From NCBI GenBank assembly GCA_943704425.1, contig CALSCP010002431.1, positions 124,001 to 188,000 of the forward strand: a stretch of 64,000 bases of DNA. Reading direction: 5' to 3'. The notes below the pieces were generated by a model. That model did not search any database and was not told where the DNA came from. It saw nothing but the letters and a program-made list of their open reading frames with translations. Below are positions 12,780 through 24,387 of the stretch, piece after piece. The stretch comes from Ministeria vibrans ATCC 50519 (taxonomy: Eukaryota; Protista; Filasterea). A program made the translations under genes and the position numbers. Every line of letters begins with the position of its first letter. Position 1 is the first letter of the stretch.

Positions 12780-13828
12780 AATGTATTTTGCGCTGCGTTG
12801 ACCAATACTTCGATGCTTTTGTCGAGGTGACCAACGACCAAGTCTTTCCTACGGTTGTAAGTCATTTCACGAACAGAGAACGAGCGAGCGAGAGAGAGAT
12901 TGAGAGCGATTCTAAAGCGTTTTCGCCAAGAGAGCCAATTTCGAGGTTGATGCAGTTGAACCGCTGACTTGTCATTTTTTTTTTCTTCAGCTCTATAATT
13001 TTAGCGCTGAGATAAGACTTGACGGGCCTGAGATAGAACTCGACGAGTCTAGCCCAATGGGACTCGAAGGGCTTATCGAGTTGGCCGTAGGGACTGAGAG
13101 TGACAGTGCTGCATCGCCAGCGTGCAGTGAGAGCACGGAGGAGGAGGATGCGTCTTCGATCGCGTCTTCCGACTCCGCCATCTCCCACTCGGACAATCAC
13201 CGCAAGGCGTCCAAAGTCCACAAAGCACAGTCAGCCAGTCTCTCCAAGGAGGCACTTCAAGCGGCAGTCAAGGCTCGCGCGGCCCTGGGCGACCTCCCGT
13301 CCGCCCGTCGCGCCTTCTACGACGCCAAACTGACCCTCCCACGCGTCCGTGAAGCTCTTGGCTTCCCTTACGTCCAATGTGCCTCCGCCTCCACCACCCT
13401 ACTCACCCCTAGCAACTTCGACCAGGTACTATTTTTTTTCAACTCCTCTTTTTTTTTTCCTTCAGATTCTGACCTTTTTTGGTTTTGTTTTCTGTTGTTC
13501 TCCAGCTGTCCCAAATGGCGCCCGACCAACGTGAATTATTTTGGAAGGGCTGCTACAAACTCTGGCACGAACGCGATCTGTCCAACACGAGGATTCGCAA
13601 TCGTGTGCTCAAAAAGGATTTAGGGTTCAGCAAAGACCAAGTAAGAGCTAAATTCTATAGTGATATCAAATCCACACGTTGACATTTGTGTGTGTGTGTG
13701 TGTGTGTGTGTTTAGGTAACAAGCCTCGTTAAGCTCGTCAAGAACTACCGTAATGGCACGTCCTGCAAAAAACGCGCTTTTCATGATCTTCAGCTCATCC
13801 TCTCGGCTCTGCACAGCCGACAGTGGTA
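12780..13828 (+). CDS. Hypothetical spliced protein (5' end uncertain)
   Basis: Exon-like blocks bounded by GT/AG with T-rich introns: ECILRCVDQYFDAFVEV.., LYNFSAEIRLDG..FDQ, LSQMAPDQRELFWKGCYKLW..KDQ, VTSLVKLVKNY..; no recognisable domain. Confidence 0.5.
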
Positions 13829-14060
13829 GAGTGAGAGAGATGCGAGTCAGTCACAGAGAGAGAGATCCTATTTCTCAGTTTTTGTTACTTTTCGAGTGTG
13901 TGCTAGGAAAACCCGTTTCTGAATCACAAAAACAAAAACAATAAAAAACCAAAAAAAAAAACGGTTTCGGGTTACCCCACAAAAAAGGAAGAAAGATAAT
14001 AAGCAAAGTTAAAAATGAGGCTTTACAAACACAAAAGTAAAATAGTCATCTGTCATTGTG

Positions 14061-14856
14061 TCAATGATCATCTTCGACGGCATCATCAAGATCAAGATCG
14101 TTAAAGGTGGATTCGCGCAGACGGTTCTTGACAGTGAGCTTCTCATACTCGCCCACAGCAGCATCACCCTTGTTGACATTGATGAGGCGCTCTGTTGTCA
14201 TGTACGGATGTCATCATCATTAGAGTTATCGTTATCATTGGGAATGTCATTATCATTGTTAGGGACGTCAATAGGGATGTGTCATGTAGGGATGGCCAAT
14301 AGGGCAAGGGATTTGCCTATGTCTTTTTTCGTTATAACCTTTTCTAAGCTCATCGATGACGTATTGGACTATTTCATACCAGTGGCGAATCACCTGAAGG
14401 CTCGCGTGACGCAGGAGATACACTCGGTCGCGCGTGGAGATCTAAGACACATATTCAGTGGCTCTGATTTTGAGCTCCTCAGAGGTTCAATGTACTCACT
14501 TCGAGGAAGTGGAATCCCTTTTCGGTGGGATTCACAATTTGAGCGGCGACACAGTTGGCCAGGTCAAGAGTGCCCTTGAGCACCATTGCCTGAGACACAA
14601 GTCATATTATTATAATTATTAAAAATTTACAACACTGACTGAACATACAAAACTTACTTTGTCGTCTTCAAAGTAGGTCAGTGTGCCAATGTTGAGGTCA
14701 AGCACCCAGAAACGCCATTTCCAAGATTTCCTTTTGGCTGTGCAGTCGAACAAGCAACGGGAGTCAGACACAGCGCGACAAGGAAAGAACCGTACCGCCC
14801 TGCTTGAACACGAACCCTTCACAGCGACGACTCGATACTCTCATGTCCGGCGGAAC
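14061..14856 (-). CDS. PH-domain-containing protein (3' exons; 5' part lost in the N gap at ~14940)
   Basis: Spliced reading gives RCEGFVFKQG / KRKSWKWRFWVLDLNIGTLTYFEDDK / VLKGTLDLANC..KGFHFLE / ISTRDRVYLLRHASLQVIRHWYEIVQ, a canonical PH signature; final exon ends DDAVEDDH*. Confidence 0.8.
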
Positions 14857-14948
14857 TAGAGCAAACAGAGCACGGAAAGGAGGAAGAGAAGGAAAAGGAG
14901 CAAAGATTGAAAAACGGTTGAGGTTTTCTTTTTTTTTTTNNNNNNNAG

Positions 14949-15260
14949 ATGTACGGGTCGATCGAGGACAGCGTCTCGCATGGTGGTGGACTTGCCAAGC
15001 AGCCCAGCATGAATTCGCAGTCGTCCTTCTGGATCAACCCGATGCTTCTGCTCGACGGTGCGACCACCGAGGAGTCGACTGCCGACAGCGGTATGATTCT
15101 TGACGACTCGTCGGCCGGCGGCTTCTCGTCGACGGCGAGTGCTGCTGCGCGTCGTCAGAGCATCATTGCGTCGCTCGCAAGCGCCAACATGCTGACGGAC
15201 CGCGCTCTGCAGCCCATGGCGTCCACTACCGAGGATCCCGACACTGAGTTCATGTGTTGA
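14949..15260 (+). CDS. Probable terminal exon of an unidentified gene that starts within or before the N gap
   Basis: GC-rich open frame with coding-like codon use immediately after the gap, followed by an AT-rich 3' region. Confidence 0.45.
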   Translation: MYGSIEDSVSHGGGLAKQPSMNSQSSFWINPMLLLDGATTEESTADSGMILDDSSAGGFSSTASAAARRQSIIASLASANMLTDRALQPMASTTEDPDTEFMC

Positions 15261-15613
15261 GTCAAGATAGAGAGAGAAAGAGAGAGAGAGACAGACAGCC
15301 TACTCTGACCAGGAGTTGTTCAAAAGGACAACAAATGTGTGTTGAGTTGGCGAGAGTGTGTTACTATTGATTAACAATGAAAATGAGGCGAGTCTTCTTT
15401 TCTTCAACAAATATATTCATTTATATTCATTCTACATATCTATAATTATACTAATTACTTTGTATTCTACATTTTAAATAAGATAGACTCGAGTATTCTA
15501 TATCATAGCGACTGTTGACGAATCTGATTCCTTTCGACCGATGCCATATTATGATTTTTGTACGTCCCCTCTCTGGACATCCCCAACGAAAAAACAATTA
15601 TGTCTTATTATTG

Positions 15614-15666
<53 letters not shown>

Positions 15667-15686
15667 GTTACAGCGATGTTTCCTTT

Positions 15687-17667
15687 TCATTCTGGGTGTT
15701 GGTCAATGAGACGCTGCGCGTGTTCGCGCCAAATGGGAGCGACAGAGAGACGAATGCCAAAGGCGAGGGCAAGGCCGCGAAGGAGAACACTGACACGGCC
15801 AGCCATGACATAGTCGTCGGCTGCCTCGACAATGGGATCAGTGCGGTCGAGCCACTCCATGAAGAGCTGGATGTTCATGCCGTGTGTGATATCGTCGGTG
15901 TCGCGCTGAGAAAGAGAGGGAGGGAAAAGAAGGAAACAAAACAAGTAGGTAGAGGAAGAGGTCAGTTGATCAATTTTTGATGTTGATTGGTTTTTACATC
16001 ATTCCAAAAGGCGGCAAAGCGATAGAGAATATCTGGGTTATTATGACGGGTGCGGATGCCCATTTGAGTGATGAGGCGCACGACAGCCGGGCGGTCATCG
16101 TCGGCCAGGGCGACGGTGAGGCGGGCAAGGAGAAGGCGCGACGGGAGTGACATGATCTTGACCTGGCCGTAGTCGATGAGGCCCAGACGCCCGTCGGGCA
16201 TCAGCAGAATGTTACCGGGATGCGGGTCGCCGTTGAAGGCGCCATCGATGAAAATCTCATGGCCGTGCACGCGCAACAGCAGATCGATTATGTCCGCCAG
16301 ATTGATCAGCTGCTCCGTCTCAATTAGTGCCAGTCGGGAACCCGTCACCATGCCAACGGTCGCGTTGAACAGATGGCGCGGAGCATTGCGCAGCGCATCC
16401 CACACGCGCAAGGCCAGGCTCAGCAGCCGCATTCGCCACTTGGCACGCGTGAGAGACTCCTCCACGCCCGCCCGGACGCCCCCTTTTCCCTTCTTGGTAC
16501 TCTCGCAGTTGTGTCGTTGCTCCTTCTCCAGCTGCTCCAGTGTCTTTCCCATGCGCTCCGCCATGCGCGAGTACTGTGCGCGCAGGGCACTCACCAGCTT
16601 TGTTCCCGGAAGATACTCCATCACAAGCACATTGCGCGAGCACAGTTCAACAATGGGTTCTGGGATGCACACCTGGTCACCCCACACGGGCATCACGTTG
16701 CGCCGCACCAGTTCCAGGTTCTGTGCCTCCCCTTGGTAGTCAAATTCGGTGACAAACTGCCGCTCGATCTCGCTAAGGAACGGAACGTGTTGCGGCTGTA
16801 GGAGTTTGCAGAAGTTCTTGATGGTCGTCATGTCGCTGCGAAACTTGTGTTCAATCCCAGGAAACTGCAACTTGACAACAACTTCGCGGCCAGACTCGCG
16901 CAGTCGGGCCTTGTGCACCTGGCCAATGGATGCGGCGCCAAGCGGCTCGTCATCCCACTCGGAAAAGACCTCTGCTAAGGGACGTCCAAGGGACGTTTCG
17001 ACAAGTGATCGTGCCTGTGCTGCGCTGATCTCCGGCGGCACGTCGTCTTGCATCTTTTTGCACCATTTCATATACTGAGGCGGGACGAGTTCGTCGCGTG
17101 TTGAACACACCTACAGGCACAAACAATAGAAGAAGAAGAAGAAGAAGAAGACATTTCCAATTTATTATCAATCACAAACGAAAAGCGACAACACAAACAT
17201 AACAATAAGACATGCACTGAATAAGAAAATAATTTATAATTATTGAGAATTACTCATTTACAAAACTAACCTGAGCGAGTTTGACGTAAAAGGCGCGCAA
17301 ATCAAGCGTGACTCGTTCGACGACCGGCGAGTACCGATCGTGGAGAAGGTCCCTGGCGGACAGGGAGCAGGATGAAGGGGCGTGGGGAGTGTGGTGACTC
17401 GCATTGTGTCGTACCATGCCTTGAGCTGCTCCTCTTCACTCCACGCTTTGATCCGCCACTCGTTGAATCGGTAGTGGGCATCTAGATGGATTGTTAGACG
17501 TGGCAGAGGGCCGCGGGGGGCTCGTGGGCCGTACAGATGGGCAGAGCGTGCGACCAAAAGTACACACTGCGGCGCATCCCTTCGTCGTAGCCCAGCGCAC
17601 CCGCCACCGCCGTCGCCGAGGCCGCCGAGCCCATCAAAAGGAGCCGACCAGCGAGTCGCAATGCCAT
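15687..17667 (-). CDS. ABC1/ADCK/UbiB-family atypical kinase
   Basis: Mitochondrial-like N-terminus MALRLAGRLL; PLGAASIGQVHKARL, VVVKLQFPG, EFDY..EA, VLVMEYLPG, FNGDPHPGNIL, LIDYGQVK; several introns. Confidence 0.9.
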
Positions 17668-17799
17668 GATTACAGTAAAATTAATGTGATTATTTATTAT
17701 TGTGACTTGAGAGTGGAGAGTCGAGGCATTTATGTGTATGACTGAGGTGACTCCTTAAATGATTTTTGATCTTTTGAAAGTTTTTCATACGATTTTGCA

Positions 17800-19918
17800 A
17801 TGACGGCCTTTTTAGCGCTGCTCGTGATGGCGCTCGCGTCGAGCTGGGCTGCAGAACTTCCACCAGGCATGGTGGATTCATCGTCGACCGAAGCGGGCGT
17901 CTCGTTTGACGTCGACAATGTTCCTCGCACGTTCATAGTGAGTTTTGCTCAACCCGCCACTGCCACATCACGACGCCGCGTTATTGCCATGGCGCTGGAG
18001 TCAGTCGACCACGGACACGCCCTTGAGTGGCAGGTGGAGCGCCGACCGTCGAATGTGACCGATTTCGATGTGATTGAGGTAGAAAATGCACTGGAGCAAA
18101 CGAATCCGTGTGCTCATCCCGTCTGCCGAATCTGAGTAGTTTTCCGTCGGGACAGGCGCATTGAGGATGGAGGATGCGGTTGGGGCGCTACGGGGCGACC
18201 CGGCAGTGGCCCATGTGACGCCGCAACGGCGGGTATTGCGGCGACTGCTGCAACAGCCGCGCAGGCTGGCCCGGTCCATGTTCCGCACGACGCCCCCTCG
18301 CCAGGTGACGACGCTGATGGGGGCGGAGCGGATCTGGGACGAGGGGTACACCGGCCAGGGTGTGTCTGTGGCGGTGTTTGACACGGGTATGCGAGCGGGT
18401 CACCCGCACTTTCGAAATGTGGCGACGCGCACTGATTGGACTGACGAAGGCATTGTTGACGATGTGTTGGGCCACGGCACGTTTGTCGCAGGCGTCATTG
18501 CTTCGCAAGGCACTTGCCGTGGCTTTGCACCCGACGCCAAGTTGCATATTTTCCGCGTGTTTACCCGCAACCAAGTGAGCTACACAAGCTGGTTTCTCGA
18601 CGCGTTCAACTACGCCATCGAAATGAAGGTGAACATACTGAATCTGTCCATTGGTGGTCCCGATTTTTTCGACCGTCCCTTTGTCGAAAAGGTATGGGAG
18701 TTGTCTGCAAACGGCATTATCATGGTGAGCGCCATTGGGAACGACGGGCCGACGTACGGGACGCTGAACAACCCGGCAGATCAACTGGATGTGGTTGGAG
18801 TGGGTGGAGTGGACGCGTCGGGGGCGCTGAGTGCCTACAGCTCGCGCGGCATGACGACGTGGGAGCTGCCTGCTGGGTATGGTCGTGTCAAGCCGGACGT
18901 GGTGGCGCTCAGTGAGAGTGTCTATGGCTCAGATATGGAGTCTGGCTGTCGCGTCCTCTCTGGTAGAAGAATATCGTCAGAGATAGTTGCTGAGAGAAAC
19001 CTTGCTTAACACAGACTGTATTGATAGGAACCTCTGTTGCGTCGCCTGTAGTTGCCGGGAGCATTGCGCTTCTGGCGTCGGCCGTCGACATGTCCATCGT
19101 GAATCCAGCATCGATGAAGCAGGCGCTGGTGGAGAGTGCGCGCCGGCTTAGCGGTACAAGTATCTTTGAACAGGGCCATGGGGCATTGCAGCTGCCCGAC
19201 GCCCTCCGCATTCTCAGAGACTACACTCCCCGTGCAAGGTACTGGCTCATTGTCTGAGTGAGTGAGTGTTTAGTATGTGTGATCTGTGTTGTACTCACTT
19301 TGGTCACTCTGTGAGCTTTATTGTTACGCATTTAAAACAACCCACCTCCCTCTTTCTATCTTGGACTCACTCTGTGCCTCACAGTCTTCTTCCACCATCA
19401 CTGGACATGACCGACTGTCCATTCACATGGCCTTACTGCGCGCAACCGCTGTACCACTCGGCGCAGCCCGTCATGGTCAACATCACCGTCCTCAACGGCA
19501 TGGGCGTCTCGGGCCACATTGCCCCGTCGCCCACCGTCCACCCGATCAACGCCCTTGCCGCTCACGTTCACATTGACATTGCTCACTCTCCCCGTCTCTG
19601 GCCCTACTCCGGCTTCCTTGCTCTCTACATCACGGTCAACCCTTCCGCTGCTCATCTCTCCGGCTTGGCCATTCTCGACATTCGTCTCACCGTCTCTTCT
19701 CCTCCTTTTCCTGGCGAATCTCTTCCCAGGACCACTCAACTCTCCTTCATCCTAAAAGCAAATATTGTGCCCACTCCCGATCGCTCTAAGCGTCTCTTGT
19801 GGGATCAATATCACAATTTAAGGTTTCCTCCCGGTTATTTTCCACGCGACAATCTCCGCGAAAAGGCAGATCCTCTTGATTGGAACGGTAATAAGAATAA
19901 TAATAATAAGAATAATAA

Positions 19919-19997
<79 letters not shown>

Positions 19998-21476
19998 TAT
20001 AAGAATAATAAGAATAATAATAATAAGACATAATAAGAATAATAATATAATATTTTTAAAACGAGGCGTGAAGCCAAGTGAAATGGAACTAAGTTGAGAA
20101 TCTTGTTAGGGGACCACATTCATACCAACTTCCGCGACCTATTTAACGCACTACGCGCCGACGGGTACTTTGTGGAGGTGCTGGGCCATCCTCTGACGTG
20201 CTTTGACGCGTCTCTCTACGGCACCCTGCTCATTGTCGATTCGGAAGAAGAGTCAGTGCAGTGCAACTCCTTCCTTTCTTTCTCACTCTTTACACCCAAT
20301 TTTGTAGGTTCTTTGAGGAGGAGATTGTCAAACTGTATCACGATGTGCACGACAAGGGTCTTTCTGTGTTTGTGGCTGGCGAATGGTACAATGCAAAAGT
20401 GATGCGCGACAAAATCCGGTTTCGCGATGAAAACGCAAAGCAGTGGTGGAGTCCCGAGACGGGCGGAGCGAATTTGCCTGCACTGAATGAGCTATTGCGG
20501 ATGTTTGGAATTGCGTTGGGAGACGGTCTATATGAAGGACTGTTGAGGTTCCCTGGAAGTGCAGGTAAACACGTTGACGGGAGTGCGGAGTATCCTCTGG
20601 CGGAAGATTCGGGTGAGGGTGAAACGGCGTACGATGCGACGTATGCGTCAGGCTCGAGTCTTGTGCGGTTTCCTGCCAATGGTCGTCTGTGGTTTGCTCC
20701 TGTGAATGATATGGTGAGAAGAATTGCTCAGACGAGGGACATGCCCTTAGCAAAATCAATCTTTTTTTTTGTTTCTTTTTTTGTAGCGACCTGAGATTTT
20801 GTTGGACGATGTTAGCCCACACAGTGCAACTGTGCCTGTGCTTGGCGTGGTACAGACCGCCAGTTCCACTGGCGGACGCATTGCTGTTCTGGGCGACAGC
20901 AATTGTCTTGACTCGGCGCACCGCAAGCAAGACTGCTTCTGGCTTGCTTCCATGATTGTGCGCTTCACGGGCACTCGTCAGCTTCACCCCCTGCTTGCAC
21001 AGACACTTGGCGCGCCCCTTGCAACCCCATACGCAGACTTTTCCTTCCCTACCCTCCCCTCTCGTCTCCCCAACTCCCGTCTGCCTTTGCGTTCTCGAGT
21101 CCTTGACCATCCTCTTCCCACCTGTCCTTCCGTACTCCGTTTCCTCCCTGCTTCTCACGAATCATCCCTTCTTCCTCTTCCTCCCTTTCCCAACCTCGAT
21201 TCCCTTCCAACCCTCACTCCCTTCCCCGGGCACCATCCCACCCCCTCCAACGACAACATCACTCCCGCCGAGGCACTCGTCTCCTCCTCCGCTCTCACTC
21301 TGCCTGTTTTTCTCCTCCTCCCGCTTCTCCTCGTGCTCTTCTTCCTGCTCCTTCTCCGTCGCAAACGCACCGCCAATTTCCTCCGTCGTCTTTTTGCCGC
21401 TGTCTGGCATTGCGCCTCTTCCTCCAAGTCCACTCCTCTCGTCGCTCCGAACCGTGACATGATCCGCGTTGTCTAA
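17800..21476 (+). CDS. MBTPS1: Site-1 protease (SKI-1/S1P), subtilisin family, type I membrane protein
   Basis: Signal peptide, RRLL prosegment site, catalytic [19 protein letters not shown] and [11 protein letters not shown]; [46 protein letters not shown]; C-terminal TM helix plus RRKR. Confidence 0.96.
19889..20050. repeat. (AAT)n microsatellite in an MBTPS1 intron
   Basis: Directly visible; similar AAT/TAT tracts at ~15620-15665, ~30412-30465 and ~43670-43743. Confidence 0.95.
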
Positions 21477-21645
21477 ACTGAAACTATACCATTGTGCAAC
21501 AGTATATTGCACGCTGTTTGTCTATTGTAATTCTAAGCGTGTATTGTATGTAATTGTAAATGTACAAAGTTTCTTTCCTTTCTCTCTTCCTCCCTCTTTT
21601 CTCTCGGTCTCTCTCTTTCTCTCTTGTGACATTTGAAATGATTGT

Positions 21646-22554
21646 TTAAAGTGAACTCTCTCGCAAAATATCGTCAACGAGAGACTCAAAGGGAGGAGAA
21701 ACATCAGACGAAGAGGGAGGGTTAAGAGACATGGCCTCGAGGGAGCGAGGGAGCACGCCGGCCTCAATGAGCTCACGCTGCAACTGGTGGTACTGCTTGA
21801 GTTTGCTGTCAAGGCCGTCGGTGGACGATGTGGCTGCAACGGACGCAGGAGAGCCCGCAGATGGGCCATCGCCGGCCGGTGAGCCCGCCAGTGCGCCACC
21901 GGTTAATGGGGCAGCTACATTGGCCCCAGGGACCCGACCGCTCTCGACAAACTCAACAAGGGTCCAGTAGTCCCCCTACATCAGAGACAAGAGACAGATA
22001 GAAACAGAGACAGAGAGAGAGAAAAAAATGAGAAGGAGGGAGAGAAAGAAGAGATGATAGAGAAAGAGGGTACCTTTCCAACGGTCAGACGAGGAGTGCG
22101 TGTGAAGAGAGGATTTCGAGACAAATTGTGTCGGATTGAATTCTATTCACATCAAAGTGAGTTTGTGCAGGAAATCGTTTTGTATATATAATACCGTACC
22201 TGCCAGTTTGGAGCGGTGTTGTTCCGATAGTACTCATACTTTGTGCGGATAAAGTCATAGATGTCTGAGACGAGAACGCCGCCGGTAGGGGAGGCACGAA
22301 TAGCCTCCTCGATGAGTTGGGCGTAGGAGCGAGAGGGGCGGTGGTTAGCGGTGTTGGCCCACTCGGCGGTGTCGGGCTCGGAGCGTCGCAGACGGGGAGC
22401 GGTGGTCGCGGTGGGGGTGGAGGGAGTCGGAGTCGGAGTGGTCGAGGTCGGGGTGGTCATTGAGTCGTCAAAGGAGGATGTGGTGGAGGCCATGTCGGCG
22501 GAGTTGCGCTGTTGTCTTTGGAGGAGAAACTGTTGGAGATGTTGATGTTGTTGA

Positions 22555-22597
<43 letters not shown>

Positions 22598-24064
22598 GCT
22601 GCTGTGATGATGGTTGGTAGTGGGCGCTGGAAGGAGGGTGACAATGGCTGAGTTCCATTGATCGAGTGGGGCGTAGGGTACCCGGGTTCCAGGCAGAGGA
22701 GGAGTCGGAAACGGAAGTGGTGGAGAGAAAGGTGGAAGGAGTGTTGGCGGAGGGGGAGGAGGAGGGAAGCCAGTTCGTAGAGGCGGAGGGTGGGTGACCG
22801 GTGGAGAGGACGGCGCCCAGGGTGCGGTGTGTGGGTTGGGGGAAGATCTGCTGCTGGTGTTGTTGTTGGTGGTCGTGTTGTTGTTGTTCGGACGGGAAGT
22901 TGGTGTCGGAGGACCCGATGGCCACGAGGGACTGGTAGATGTTTTCAAGTTCGGTTGCGGAGGCCTCGTTGGGCACATCGGTTGTGGATGCGAGTTCGCC
23001 ACGGCTGTGCCTGTGTTGGTTGTGGCGCTCGATGGAGGGGGAGCGAGGCCGCGCGGTCGATGAGGCAAGTCCAAATGAGTCTGCAGTGAGATTGACAGTG
23101 AGTGGTGCGGCGACAGGTGAGGACGCGACGGCTGCGGCTTGCTCTGCGTCCGCTCCGGCGACGTCTTCTTCGGCGCTGCCTTCCTCGCGCTTAACACGCG
23201 CATTGCTGATCATAATGTCCATGGCTGAGTCGAGCGACATGTCGCCCGCCAACGCGAGTGATGGCGCCAAATCGGAAGTGGTTCGTCGCACCAGTTTGTG
23301 GCTCGACTGTTCCGTCTCTGTACGTTGCGACGAAGACGATGCCGACACCGACACCGCCGCTGGCGCCTGGTGTAGAGGCTGTGGTGTGCGTGGTGGCGCG
23401 TGGTTTGCGCGTTTTGCCGCCTCCCTCTGCGCGTGGCCCGAGAGATCGAGCACAAAAGTGGACGGGAGGGATTCGCTGCGGGGCCGCACAGGAACGCCCG
23501 TCGTGAGGAGCGCAGGGTCTTCGGCGGGGCGTGCATTCTCAGGCAAGGTGATGCCGGGGGACGCTGGTCCGCATGCATCGCGGCTGTACTCGTCGAGGAG
23601 CGACGGGTTGCCGCCATAGTCGACGAGTTCGTCGTCGGCGGCGTCTTGCGAGTCGTCCAGACTCTCCGGGTCCGATCCGTGGGATTCGTTGACGCCCGCG
23701 CCTGGCCGTCTCCGCCCACTGTTGCTGCGACGAGACTTCATGCGCACGCGCGTAGCAGCAGCCGTGGCGTCTTCGCTGCCCTTGGAACGAGCGCGCGCAA
23801 CTTTGCCCGTTCGAACGGCATTCTCGACGGACGAAGGAAGTCTCGGTTCGGGCGCAGAGACGCGGCGCGATGCTACATTGTGGTTGGGGACAGAGAGGTC
23901 GGTGCTTGCGGGCGTGGACGTGGCGATTGGAGCCACCGTGACGCGTCTCTGGTCCAACGAACGAAAAACGCAACAGAAAAAAAAAGACAAAAAAAAAAAA
24001 AGCGGTTGGAAAATTGGAAAAAAAAAAAAGTATTATGTTAGTGTTCACTTACGCCTGCTGACAT
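21646..24064 (-). CDS. Forkhead (Fox) transcription factor with long low-complexity/polyQ N-terminus
   Basis: RPSRSYAQLIEEAI..LVSDIYDFIRTKYEYYR..WQ | NSIRHNLSRNPLFTRTPR..GK | GDYWTL assembled over two introns; putative first exon MSAG at 24064. Confidence 0.9.
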
Positions 24065-24387
24065 AGGTGAAGACCGTATAGTAGACTGTAGAGGGCCGGG
24101 GGTCGATGGAGGAGTGTGGAAGTGGACAAGACGACAAGTCAAAAACTGAATTCAGTGAAAATATTAAAATAAAAAGCATTGAAAGATCAAAGGACAAAGA
24201 CACCGAGCAATACACAAATAATACAATACTGAGTGGATACTCAATGATACATTGATACTCACTAGACACTATGGGCTATGATAGTCGGTAGACCATTCAT
24301 CCGATGAAGTGAGGAGAATGCAATTGTTGAATAGTACAAATAAACAATAATAAAACAAAACAAATCTAATTATTATACTTTCTCTGT

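Noticed and set aside
14058-14579. 173-aa plus-strand ORF
   Set aside because: Overlaps the exons and introns of the minus-strand PH-domain gene and has no motif of its own.
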